A stretch of 38,924 nucleotides of DNA. Origin: Planctomycetota bacterium. GTDB lineage: Bacteria; Planctomycetota; SZUA-567; H5-PLA8. A program made the translations under genes and the position numbers. Shown piece by piece: positions 19,147-28,770 of the stretch. Location: positions 1 to 38,924 of the forward strand of contig BTVV01000053.1 in the NCBI GenBank assembly GCA_045863855.1. The letters run 5' to 3'. A model generated the notes under the pieces. It worked only from the letters and a program-made list of their open reading frames with translations. It was not told where the DNA came from and did not search any database. Positions within the stretch are counted from its first letter, which is position 1. Every line of letters starts with the position of its first letter.

Positions 19147-19836
19147 TCAGTCGTCGCGGTCCTCGCCTTCGGCGTGGACTCGGACGCGGCCTTCGCCGTC
19201 GGATTTGCCGGCCTCTACGCCGGTTGCGCCGGGGGCGGTTACCGTGATGCCGCTTTCGCCGGGTTTCGCCGGGTCGCCGATTTGGGCGCCGGCGGCCTGA
19301 ACGCCGATCTTGACTTCACCGTCTTTCGCGGGGGCCGTTCCGGTCTGGACCGGCTGACCATCGGCGGAAGGCTTAAGCAGTTTACGCAACTCTTCCACTT
19401 CCTTCTTCAAGGCGTCGAACTCCTCGCGGCTGACGGAAGCCTTTACCTGTTCGGCGTTACGCTTCAGTTTCCGAGCCTCGCGTTCCTTATCGCGTTCGGC
19501 GCGTTCCAACTTCTCCATCTGCTCGTCGATTTCGCGCTCCTTCTTGCGCTGTTCGAACATCTTTCGAGCGGCTTCCATGGCCTTAGGATCGGGCGTTCGC
19601 TTGCTTGGCGCCTCGGGGCCGGCCTTGACAGGACCGGCGGCAGGCTGATCGGACGGTTTCGCCGGAGCATCGGCTTCGTTCGTCGCATGGTTACCGGCTT
19701 CATCCTCCGCTGCGGGCATAGGCGTCGGAGCGGGCTCACCGGCGGGCGGCGGCACTTCATTTCCGAACATTCGTTGCGCCGAGCAGAGCGCCACCACCAG
19801 AAGCAAAGTCCAGGCAACTCGGGTTGGGATACGCAT
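19147..19836 (-). CDS. Secreted hypothetical protein with coiled coil
   Basis: AAGGAG RBS before ATG 19836, signal peptide, charged heptad region. Confidence 0.7.
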   Translation of the reverse strand: MRIPTRVAWTLLLVVALCSAQRMFGNEVPPPAGEPAPTPMPAAEDEAGNHATNEADAPAKPSDQPAAGPVKAGPEAPSKRTPDPKAMEAARKMFEQRKKEREIDEQMEKLERAERDKEREARKLKRNAEQVKASVSREEFDALKKEVEELRKLLKPSADGQPVQTGTAPAKDGEVKIGVQAAGAQIGDPAKPGESGITVTAPGATGVEAGKSDGEGRVRVHAEGEDRDD

Positions 19837-19964
19837 GAGCAGGCTCCTTTTGAGGAATCGAATCCCCAATTCGAGCTATCCAGTATACCTCAGCTCCGCG
19901 TCAGCCCAAGGTACGGATTGGGCTCGCGCGGAGCCTAGCCGGACGTGCATATTCCCTTGCTCAG

Positions 19965-21968
19965 TTAGAGGATGGCTTTTGGAAATTCGTTTCGTTGTCC
20001 TTCAAGCTCCACGCTTCCTGCCAGGTTTGCCGGATCGAAAGCAACCTGCGCGTGGTCCCAATTCACGAAATAGCGTTCACCTTGCTTCGATAGGCTTGCA
20101 AGCGGGGCGGCTGCGGTCTGCGCATTTGCGCAGGTCAGCACATGAAGGAATACATGCTCCAAGCCGGCTTGAGCCGGCGAGATTTCCATCCGGCAAACCG
20201 GCTCGGGCAGGATTTTCTTAAGCGGATCGAAGCGCTGGCCACCGTACGCGTAAAGCTCTTCACCGTGGCAGAGCTTTGATTCGTGAGCGGCCGGAGCGAG
20301 CGTCTGAATGAAAAGCCTTCCGCTGCCGTTGGTGACCACCCACTGTTCGCCCTTCCGATCGGGCACGGCGAGCGTATGCAAAAGGAAGGTTTTGCGGAAC
20401 GACGGGTCTTTAGCCACGATGCGGTCGCAGATCAGGACCGTGTCGGGGCGCAGCAGAACGAACTGCCGCGTCACGCGCTCGACCTTCTGCGCGGCGTACG
20501 CCTTCGTGATATCCGCCGCCGCGTAGGCGAATGTACCCGCTTCGGTGTGCGCGACAAATCGGCCGGTATCGAACTCGTCACGCAGCTTCATCCAGGTCGG
20601 AACGTCGGAACCGTCGCCGTTGTGGTGCCGCACGAATCCCGGGAAGCGCTGGCCGCCGTCGTTGGCGATGCCTTCGGCGAGGCGGATGTTGGGCCAGCGT
20701 TCGGACGGATCGTGGATCAGCAGCGAGTTATGCGCGATGGTGCGCACGTAGTAATTGACGATGTGAGGCGTCGTCCAGCCGTCGTAGTGCCCAGCATCGC
20801 CCAGCAATTCGGTATGCTTGAAGAGCGCGAAATGGCCTTGGTCGAGGTGCTGGTGGCTGGTGAAGCGCGGTCCGGCCTGTGCGTACAGGTAGGTGGCGTC
20901 TTCGCCCCATCCGCCGCGAGCGTGGAAATGTCCGGGTCCGGCGCTGAGGTGCGATAATTTCAGGTCGTCAAGCTTCCCGGCAGGAACGTCGTCGTCGTTC
21001 CAGAGCACGTCGCGGTACGCGTTGTACGCCCAGTTCATGTGCGTGGTCTTATTGAATGCATGGACGGCGCGGTGCGCGGGATCGTCACGATGGTATTGGA
21101 CGAGGATGCGCCGCGCGGCGAGGACCTTATCGCGTTCGGGATTGCAGCCGCGGCCGTTCCCGTCGCCCATGGGCACGGGACGGTAAGTGCCCTCCGGGCC
21201 GCGCGCGGGGTACATCTCGAAGAGGCTGGCGATCGCGCGTTGCCCGTAGAACGAAGGCGCGAGCTTGTAGTAGTCGATCCCCGCGCAGCGGCGCGCGCAT
21301 TCGCAGAAGAGGAGCCATTCGAAAAGCCAGTAGTGAACGTAATAGCCTTCGCCGAATCCGCCTCCTGCGCCGGAGAGTTCTAAAGCCGGCGAGGCGCGGT
21401 CGCGCGTTTCGGTGTCCAATTCGGCGAAGAGTTCGGCCGCACGCGGATTCTCGTGCCAGGTCGCCAGCGCGCCGAGACCGAAGCCGTACATTTTGTAGCC
21501 GTACCAGCCGTTGTGAAAGACGCTGGGCTCTTCATCGCGATTCTGCTCGCGCGATTCATGCATGTAGGTCCAGAATTGCTTTCGTTCCGCGTCGGTCCAG
21601 GCGTCGTGGCAGCAATCGTAAATCCAGGCGCACATCGCGACGCTGCCGCCGAAGGGAACGTGTCCGGTTCGCACGGGTTGATTCAAATAGCGTTCGGCGA
21701 TCAGGTCCACCGCGCGGCGAGCCAAGTCCGTGTCGCCGTCCACGCAGGCGACGAGGCCCATGGACATGATCCGGCCCAACAGCGCGGCGTTATCCACATC
21801 GACCGCCAACTCGGACGTATCGCGCGCCACGGCGGACGTTCGCGCATAGGCTTCCGGGTGTGAACGCGCCAAACTCACGAGGTCCTCGCGCGTTCCGAAA
21901 AGGCGCGGGTGCGCGCGCGGTACGGAGAGACTCGTAAGCGAAATCGGTTGATCGGCGAGGGCGGGCAT
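19965..21968 (-). CDS. Heparinase II/III-like polysaccharide lyase family protein
   Basis: N-terminal HPRL; SHQHLDQGHFALFK, YYVRTIAHNSLLI; AGGAG RBS; no signal peptide seen. Confidence 0.78.
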   Translation of the reverse strand: MPALADQPISLTSLSVPRAHPRLFGTREDLVSLARSHPEAYARTSAVARDTSELAVDVDNAALLGRIMSMGLVACVDGDTDLARRAVDLIAERYLNQPVRTGHVPFGGSVAMCAWIYDCCHDAWTDAERKQFWTYMHESREQNRDEEPSVFHNGWYGYKMYGFGLGALATWHENPRAAELFAELDTETRDRASPALELSGAGGGFGEGYYVHYWLFEWLLFCECARRCAGIDYYKLAPSFYGQRAIASLFEMYPARGPEGTYRPVPMGDGNGRGCNPERDKVLAARRILVQYHRDDPAHRAVHAFNKTTHMNWAYNAYRDVLWNDDDVPAGKLDDLKLSHLSAGPGHFHARGGWGEDATYLYAQAGPRFTSHQHLDQGHFALFKHTELLGDAGHYDGWTTPHIVNYYVRTIAHNSLLIHDPSERWPNIRLAEGIANDGGQRFPGFVRHHNGDGSDVPTWMKLRDEFDTGRFVAHTEAGTFAYAAADITKAYAAQKVERVTRQFVLLRPDTVLICDRIVAKDPSFRKTFLLHTLAVPDRKGEQWVVTNGSGRLFIQTLAPAAHESKLCHGEELYAYGGQRFDPLKKILPEPVCRMEISPAQAGLEHVFLHVLTCANAQTAAAPLASLSKQGERYFVNWDHAQVAFDPANLAGSVELEGQRNEFPKAIL

Positions 21969-22064
21969 GGATGGATCTCCTAGGGTTCCGAAGAGGAGAG
22001 GGTTGCATACTGGCGGCTCCTTCGCGCGGAGTCGCTCAAGGTTTAGATTTTTTTGCAGGTCTAA

Positions 22065-24863
22065 TCAGGGCTGCAGGGCCATCAGGTGCTTAGCCAGATC
22101 AGCGCGGAAGCCCGACCAGCCTTCCGGATCAAGTTTGGCGCTGGACTGAGGTTCGACCTGGATTGGCTTTAGCGTTGCGGTCAGGAACGTTTCGGCAGCC
22201 TGGACGGCATCCGGCTTTCGTCCGGCCTGCTTGGCCGCATCGATGTTCGATCGCAAGGTCTTCAGGTATCGGTAATCGTGGATGCCTTGCGCCGCGCGTT
22301 CCCACTTCACGGTGGCCGCGAGCCCATGCTTACTGGGGTAGACCGCGCACCAGCTTCCTTCCACGTCGGAGAAGTCGTAGTAGGCATGCGAGTTCACGTA
22401 CTGGTAGCCGCCGCAGGCGAAACCGCTGAGACCTTGGAGCTTCGCGGCGTACAACCAGCGTCCGGTGCAATGCCGCTCGTAGGCGCCGTAGTTCCAGGCG
22501 CGTTTGCCGGCTTCACGGCACGCGGCGAGCGATTCGGCGCTGTGATGCGCCACGCTCAAAGGCGCGAGCTTGAAGTAGCCGTCGCGTCCGTCGCCGGGCG
22601 AGTAGTACCCGGAGAAGATTGTCTCCGGCGCGGCGCGCATGTGGAGTTCGAGCATCTGGCGCGCGCTTTCCACGTTGCCGAATTCGGGGCGCGGTTCGTC
22701 GAGCAGGTAGAAGCTCCGTTCAGGCCAGGCTTTTTCCTTGGCATGCCGGGCGATCTCCCCGTACACGAGGCGGATCAGTTCTTCGAAGCCGACGCCCCAC
22801 TTCTCTTTGCTCCGCGCTTCGTGCTCTTCCATGCATTGGGGTGAATGCCCGCGCTGAATACCCAAGCTCGCGTCGAGACCCTGGTAGCTGTCACCAAGTT
22901 GAACAAGGCCGTGTTGCTTGGCCAGTGCCAGCCAGCGATCGGCCTTTTCGAAATCCAATTTGGCTTTGCCGTCTTTGACCGAAAGAACCGGCATGCCGGG
23001 TCCTCCGGTGACCGCGTTCATGCCGTGCGCGGCGTGATCGCGCATGACGTCTTCGGCCACCTTCCAGTATCGTGCTTCCAGATCCGGGAAGTGCATGGGC
23101 CAGTGCCCGACGGTTGCCCCGATGATACTTAGGCTCACATCATCCGCCGCTTCGAGCCGGATCGGCAGTACCTCGAGGCGCAGCGGGATCTCGCTTTTCG
23201 CGCCGGCGGCTTCGAGGGCAAGCGCGCCCGTATAGGTGCCGGGTTTGGCGTCAGCGGGAAGCGTCAGCGTCAGCCACAGCCCGCGGGTAAGTCCCGGGTT
23301 CAGGTCGAGGGACTCGAAGGGTTGCAGAATACGCGGGACGATCGTCATCTGGTTGCCGCTGCGTGAGGCGAAATAGCGAATCTTGTGAATCGCCAGCGCC
23401 GCCGCGGGAATTTCGGCGCCGCCGGGGCCCTTCAGGCCGCCGGCCGAAACTTTGAGGCCCTTAACGTCACGCAGCGGGAAGAGTCCCACTTGTCCCGCGG
23501 TTCGCTCGCCCGGGCAGGCCGTCCAAGCGAGCGCCGCAGCGCGTTCCGATTCCGAAGGCGCATCTAATGCATTGATGTCCAATTCGGTGGAGCGTACGAA
23601 CGGAGCGAAACCGCGAGCGGTATCTTCGGCGCGTGGCGCCGGCGCAACGCGGTCGGCCTTGGGCGTCACTACCACCACCGTGCTGCGGAAGGCCTCGTGG
23701 CGGCGTTTTTCGAGCGCGGCCATGAATCCTTCGCCGCCGGTCTGCTGCTCTTTAGAGTAGACGACCAGGAAGCTGAGCAGACCCGGCCAACCGCCTTCGG
23801 TTTTGACGGACACTTCCAGTAGTCCGTCGGCGCCGACCGTCGTCTCGAAGCGACGCACCGGTAGGAGCGGCTTGACGCGTTCGGTCCATAAGTCCATGCC
23901 CGGTGAATCTTCCGCGTCTTCGAAAGCGAGGTAGCGTTCGCGCATGAAGCGCGCGCCGTCGTAGCTTTCCTCCAAAACCACCTTCCCGTTCAACGTGACG
24001 GTGCGCTTGCGGAAAGATTGGGTGCCTTGCCAGGCACCGAAGGTGTCGCAACAAAGCTCCACGACATACGGTCCCGCCTTTTCGACGCGCACCATGAATG
24101 CATCGCCTGCGCCGCAGTCTCCGCCCAAGTCGTCGGGGTTGCCGAAGCTGCGGGACCACCCGCTCATGCCGCCTTTCCAGCCGAACGCGGATTCCGAGTT
24201 CCATACGTGAGTCGGGTGGACGCCGGTAAAGCCCGGCCAGACCGGCGCGGCCTGCGGGCCAAAATCGAAGGCCTTCAGGCCTTCGACCCGCGGCAGGCCG
24301 TGGCTTTCCAGCCGTGCGTGGTCGAAGTACAGCGTCGTGGAAGCACCTCGGTTGTGCGGATGCATGAAAATCACAAGGAACGTCAGTCCGGAGGCATCGA
24401 GCGGCTTCTTCTCGTGAAAGTTGTTGGAGTTGGAACGGAGCAGGCCGGTGAGATTAATGCGGATCGTGGACCAGCCGGGCGGGGCTTTGAGACCGTCCTC
24501 GTTATAGCGAGAGCCGTAATTCTTGCTTTCAGCGTCGCCGGCGCTGGCGCCGAGACTGACGACGAAGTCCTGGGGATTGAACACGTCCAGCGCGAAGATG
24601 GGATGCTCGCGAAAGCCCTCTCGGATGCGCTTGAGCAGCGCCCCTTCATCGATGCGCAGGCCGGGGTAACCCTTGCCGTCGTGATCCAGCTTCAGGGCCT
24701 TCGCGCCGTGTCGTGCGTGCTCGTCGACGATCTGAACCGCCGGAGGGGAAGCGAAGCGCACGTCTTCGGGCGACTCGAAGTCCGCCAGTGTCAGCGTATC
24801 CTGGGCGGCAGCCGAACAGAGCATCAGCAGCGCGCCCAAGGCGCACCAGGGGCGAATCGACAT
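22065..24863 (-). CDS. Large secreted carbohydrate-active protein (CBM-like N-terminus, GH123-like C-terminal region)
   Basis: Signal peptide, LADFES, LWLTLTLPADAKPGTYTG, YLLDEPR, KWERAAQGIHDYRYL. Assignment by motif resemblance only. Confidence 0.6.
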   Translation of the reverse strand: MSIRPWCALGALLMLCSAAAQDTLTLADFESPEDVRFASPPAVQIVDEHARHGAKALKLDHDGKGYPGLRIDEGALLKRIREGFREHPIFALDVFNPQDFVVSLGASAGDAESKNYGSRYNEDGLKAPPGWSTIRINLTGLLRSNSNNFHEKKPLDASGLTFLVIFMHPHNRGASTTLYFDHARLESHGLPRVEGLKAFDFGPQAAPVWPGFTGVHPTHVWNSESAFGWKGGMSGWSRSFGNPDDLGGDCGAGDAFMVRVEKAGPYVVELCCDTFGAWQGTQSFRKRTVTLNGKVVLEESYDGARFMRERYLAFEDAEDSPGMDLWTERVKPLLPVRRFETTVGADGLLEVSVKTEGGWPGLLSFLVVYSKEQQTGGEGFMAALEKRRHEAFRSTVVVVTPKADRVAPAPRAEDTARGFAPFVRSTELDINALDAPSESERAAALAWTACPGERTAGQVGLFPLRDVKGLKVSAGGLKGPGGAEIPAAALAIHKIRYFASRSGNQMTIVPRILQPFESLDLNPGLTRGLWLTLTLPADAKPGTYTGALALEAAGAKSEIPLRLEVLPIRLEAADDVSLSIIGATVGHWPMHFPDLEARYWKVAEDVMRDHAAHGMNAVTGGPGMPVLSVKDGKAKLDFEKADRWLALAKQHGLVQLGDSYQGLDASLGIQRGHSPQCMEEHEARSKEKWGVGFEELIRLVYGEIARHAKEKAWPERSFYLLDEPRPEFGNVESARQMLELHMRAAPETIFSGYYSPGDGRDGYFKLAPLSVAHHSAESLAACREAGKRAWNYGAYERHCTGRWLYAAKLQGLSGFACGGYQYVNSHAYYDFSDVEGSWCAVYPSKHGLAATVKWERAAQGIHDYRYLKTLRSNIDAAKQAGRKPDAVQAAETFLTATLKPIQVEPQSSAKLDPEGWSGFRADLAKHLMALQP

Positions 24864-24887
24864 GGCTATTCTCCGGATCGCATCGGT

Positions 24888-26021
24888 TCAGCGCGCAGCG
24901 GAACCGGCCAGGTCCAACGTGCGAGGCGTTTCGCAACTGCCTCGCGCCAAATACTCGCACGGCAGGAAAATTCGCTGCAACGGCGCGGTGGGCTGCTTGA
25001 AGCGTTCGAGCAGGACCTGCACGCCGGTCTTGCCCAAGGCTTCCCACGGCACTCGGATGGTCGAGAGCGGCGGCACCGCAAAAACGATTGTGTCGCCGTA
25101 GCCGATCACGCTGAAGTCGCGGGGCACCTGCAACCCCTGCTGCTGTACGGCGGCCAGCGCGCCAAAGGTCAGTTCGTCGCCGCCGGCACAAACCAGCGCT
25201 GTAGGCGGTTGCTCTTGGCGCAGCAGGGTTTTCATCAGGGCGTATGCGGTTTCGCCGCTGGGGTTGAACTCGAAGATCCGCTCGGGTCGCACGGGCAGTC
25301 CATGCGCGCGAAGCGCCTGCTCGTACCCCGCCCGGCGCATGCGGTGCAGGTGCGTGCGGGCCTCGTGCATGAACAGCGCGATCTCGCGATGCCCCAACCG
25401 GACCAGCGAAGCCACCGCCTCCCGCACCGCGGCCGTGCTGTCGTGATTCACCTCGTTAAAGACCGGCGCCGCATCGTCGGGCTGGCAGCTATCCACCAGT
25501 ACGCTGGGAATCGGGAGCTTGGCCAACATCTGCTGGAGCGGCGGATTGTGCATCTCCACCAGGATCAAGCCCTTCAGTGCCGTATCTTCGCGCAGATTCG
25601 CGACGAAAGCTTCGTAGGGTTCGGAGACGCGCCGGAACGCGAGCGAGTAGCCGGCTTGTTCGCTGGCCTCTTGAATGCCGGCCAGGATGCGATGGCAGAA
25701 AAGACTGTTGCGGACATCGGCCTGCCCGAAGGGCGCCACGATGCCCAATAACGGCGGGCGCCCGCGGCGCTCGCGCGGCGCAAACGAACCACGCACAAAA
25801 GTGCCCTTGCCGCGCGTGCGCGTGAGCAAACCTTCGGCTGTCAAATCCATGATCGCCCGGCGGACCGTCATGCGGCTGAGGCCAAACTGCTTGGCCATCG
25901 AACGCTCGTCAGGAATCGACTGATCGGGCTTGTAAATCCCCTGCGCGATTCGCTCGCGGAGCAGTTCGCGAACCTGCTCGAAGATGGGGATGGGTGCGTG
26001 CTTTTGGATTTCGTTGCTCAT
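24888..26021 (-). CDS. GntR-HTH / LacI-type sugar-binding transcriptional regulator (AraR-like architecture)
   Basis: IPDERSMAKQFGLSRMTVRRA..RGKGTFV followed by LGHREIA and VPRDFSVIGYGD..PPLSTI. Confidence 0.92.
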   Translation of the reverse strand: MSNEIQKHAPIPIFEQVRELLRERIAQGIYKPDQSIPDERSMAKQFGLSRMTVRRAIMDLTAEGLLTRTRGKGTFVRGSFAPRERRGRPPLLGIVAPFGQADVRNSLFCHRILAGIQEASEQAGYSLAFRRVSEPYEAFVANLREDTALKGLILVEMHNPPLQQMLAKLPIPSVLVDSCQPDDAAPVFNEVNHDSTAAVREAVASLVRLGHREIALFMHEARTHLHRMRRAGYEQALRAHGLPVRPERIFEFNPSGETAYALMKTLLRQEQPPTALVCAGGDELTFGALAAVQQQGLQVPRDFSVIGYGDTIVFAVPPLSTIRVPWEALGKTGVQVLLERFKQPTAPLQRIFLPCEYLARGSCETPRTLDLAGSAAR

Positions 26022-26024
26022 GTC

Positions 26025-26142
26025 TTGGTATACCCCATTCGTGGCATTGATGCAGACTAGATTACTTAAATTCATATTTAATAATTGCAACCATATTATA
26101 ATAAAGGATTTATGATATTTATATGTATATCATTGGTATACC
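26025..26142. promoter_or_regulatory. AT-rich promoter region flanked by two TTGGTATACC operator-like boxes
   Basis: TTGGTATACC at 26025-26034 and 26133-26142 (palindromic core GGTATACC); additional ATGATAT-N8-ATATCAT dyad at 26112-26133. Confidence 0.6.
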
Positions 26143-26201
26143 TCTGGTTTTGAATACCGTGGTCGGAAGACCTGTCTGGGTACTGGAATCGAAAAAGCGG
26201 A

Positions 26202-27953
26202 CTACTTGAACTGCGCCTCTTTCCAGGCCGCAAACAGCGGCTTGAGCTGATTGCGCTGGTACTTGCCGGTGCTGGTGACCGGAAAGGTCTCGCCAAAGAC
26301 GACGACCTTCGGGGCCGCGTGCGGGGCAAGTTTGGTGCGGCAGTGCTGCAGGATATCATCGGCGGTTACGTTCGAACCGGGCAGCTTGACCGCGTAGCAC
26401 CCCACTTCCTCTCCAAAGACCGTGTTCTCGAAACCCACGGCCATGCCGGCTTTGAGCCCCGGCACGGTGTTAATGACTTCATCCACTTCCAGCGGGCTGA
26501 TCTTCACGCCGCCGCGAATGATCAGTTCCTTGAAGCGTCCGCTGATGAAAAAATGCGGCCGGCCGTCGGTGCCGGGCATCCAGAAGCCTTCGTCGCCGCT
26601 GCGGAACCAGCCGTGCGTGAAGGCGTTTTCGTTGGCCGTGCGGTTGTTCGCGTAACCGGTGGTCACGTTGTGCCCGCGAATGACGATCTCGCCCTTTTGG
26701 CCCGCGGGAAGCGCTTGTCCGGCGTCGTCCTGAATCTCCATGTCGTTTGTCGCGACGGGGATCCCGATGGACGGATAGCCGTGGTCGCGCATCCAGCCGC
26801 GATGCGTTTCGGGCTTCGTGCGCGAAGGGATCGGCAGGAAGCACGAATAGCAGGTCGTCTCGCTCAGGCCGTAGCCATGGCAGACCGGCACATTAAACGC
26901 GTCCTCGAAGCGCGTACCCAAATCCACGGTGAGCGGCCCTGCGCCGCAGATGATGTGGCTCAGCGTCGGGACATCCTCGCGGCGGAAGCCCTCGCGCACG
27001 CCTTCCCAAAGGAATTGCAGAAGCGTCGGCACGACGCTGACGACATGCACCTGCTCCTGTGCGATTCGAGGAAAGAACTGCGATGTGGAGAACTTTCGGT
27101 TCAGCACCACCGAACCGCCGTAGAACGCGGGCGTCACGTGGGTGACGATCAGCCCGTTGACGTGGTGAATCGGGAGTACGCACATCATTCGCTTTTCGGG
27201 TGTGAGGTCGTGCCAAGTGGAGATGCTGTGCGCGTCGGCGAGCAAATTGTACTGAGTGAGCACCACCCCTTTGGGCGCGCCGGTGGTTCCGCTGGTGTAG
27301 ACGATCAGCGCTTCGTCGTCGCCGCGCGGTGCTTCAGGCGTCGTGGCCAGGTCCGCGGCACTTATTTCGGCGCGTGCGAGTTCATCCTCCAGGCGCTTGA
27401 AGCCCGCACGATCGAATCCACCCACGTCGGCGAAAACCGTGTAGCGATGCTCCAGTGCGGCAAGTCCGGTGCTCAGCTTCGCCATGCGTGCGGCGTAATC
27501 GTCCAAGGCCACAAGCGCCCGCGCATGGCTGTGTTCGAGGACGTAGCGCAGGCGCTTGTCGTCCTCGCCCATGTTAAGCGGAACCACGGTCAGGCCTAAG
27601 TGCCAGGCGGCAAAGGCGATCTGGATCGTCCGGTCGTGGTTATGCATGGCGGTGACGAGGCGTTCGCCGCGCCGCAACCCCAAGCGCGTGCCGAGCACCC
27701 AGGCGATGCGGCGAACTTCCGCGTAAAACGCTCCGTAGGTGTGCTCGCGGCGCAGTTCCTGTTTCTTCCCGTCCTCGCCGAAATAGATCATGAAGGTTTG
27801 GTCGGGGCGCGCTTGCACCTGACCGTGAAAGGCCGCTGCAAAGGTATCGGGGCTAGTGAACCGCCGAGCGTGCGGGCGCGCCTGCATGTCACGGGCTTGC
27901 GCGATCTTGTGCAAAAGGTCCGGCGGCAACGTTTCGTCGTTCGCGGTGTTCAT
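26202..27953 (-). CDS. Class I adenylate-forming enzyme (acyl-CoA synthetase-like)
   Basis: YTSGTTGAPKG, GYGLSET, GWFRSGD, GRFKELIIRGG, TSTGK. Confidence 0.93.
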   Translation of the reverse strand: MNTANDETLPPDLLHKIAQARDMQARPHARRFTSPDTFAAAFHGQVQARPDQTFMIYFGEDGKKQELRREHTYGAFYAEVRRIAWVLGTRLGLRRGERLVTAMHNHDRTIQIAFAAWHLGLTVVPLNMGEDDKRLRYVLEHSHARALVALDDYAARMAKLSTGLAALEHRYTVFADVGGFDRAGFKRLEDELARAEISAADLATTPEAPRGDDEALIVYTSGTTGAPKGVVLTQYNLLADAHSISTWHDLTPEKRMMCVLPIHHVNGLIVTHVTPAFYGGSVVLNRKFSTSQFFPRIAQEQVHVVSVVPTLLQFLWEGVREGFRREDVPTLSHIICGAGPLTVDLGTRFEDAFNVPVCHGYGLSETTCYSCFLPIPSRTKPETHRGWMRDHGYPSIGIPVATNDMEIQDDAGQALPAGQKGEIVIRGHNVTTGYANNRTANENAFTHGWFRSGDEGFWMPGTDGRPHFFISGRFKELIIRGGVKISPLEVDEVINTVPGLKAGMAVGFENTVFGEEVGCYAVKLPGSNVTADDILQHCRTKLAPHAAPKVVVFGETFPVTSTGKYQRNQLKPLFAAWKEAQFK

Positions 27954-28026
27954 CGGCGGATCTCCGGCGTGGCGTGGTGCTCCCCAGCTTCATTAAATGC
28001 AATCCGGGCGCACCGTGCAAGGCCTC

Positions 28027-28770
28027 TCAGGCCGCAGGGGGACTCAAGCGCCGCAGCACGCGCAAGCCATCGAAAAAGACCGCGACCGCCGCGCAGGCGA
28101 ATCCTGCGCACAAGAGCCCCCAGATCGGTAGCGCTTGTACATAGGCGAGCAGCACGGCTACGAAGCCCAGCGCCAAACCGGCGGCCATGCGCGCTCGGCC
28201 CAATGCGCGCATTTCCGGTTCCAGTCGTGCGCGCACGTCGCGCTCCAGTTCGGCCGCTTCTTCCAGGGACAGTCCCGCGGCAGCCAGGTATTTGGCGGCG
28301 GCCAGCGGATCCTCGCCGCGTGCGATCCAATCGCGCAGGTACGGCTCCAGGGCTTCGCGGCGCTGACCTTTGGGCTGGTCGCGGAGCTGGACCATGTCGG
28401 CCAGCAAGGGATCGGACGGCCGGCGCGGGTCGGGTATCGCCAAGGCCGTATCGCGGGCGAAGACCTCTCGCAACGCGGCCTCCTGTTCGGAGGCGTCCGC
28501 TGGCGCGATGGAATCGTCCTGTGCGGCGAGGGCCAAGGCCTGACGGTCGCGCAACAGCGCCTCGGCTCGCTCTTGGTATGACTTCGGCACGCGCACGGAG
28601 AAAACCGGTCCCGGAAATCCCGCGCCGGCCAAAGCCGAGAGCGCTTCGCCTTGGGCTTGGGCCGGTATACCCGCTTCGTTTAACGCCGCCGCCAAGAAGG
28701 CGGCTTCGCTGGGCGAACGCGCGGTATGGACGTGCGTCCATGCGTCTCCAGAACCGAAATCATTTGCCAT
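28027..28770 (-). CDS. DUF2007-like N-terminal domain membrane protein (paralog 2)
   Basis: EAAFLAAALNEAGIPA..VRVPKSYQERAEALL; two C-terminal TM helices; start overlaps the upstream paralog's stop. Confidence 0.72.
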   Translation of the reverse strand: MANDFGSGDAWTHVHTARSPSEAAFLAAALNEAGIPAQAQGEALSALAGAGFPGPVFSVRVPKSYQERAEALLRDRQALALAAQDDSIAPADASEQEAALREVFARDTALAIPDPRRPSDPLLADMVQLRDQPKGQRREALEPYLRDWIARGEDPLAAAKYLAAAGLSLEEAAELERDVRARLEPEMRALGRARMAAGLALGFVAVLLAYVQALPIWGLLCAGFACAAVAVFFDGLRVLRRLSPPAA

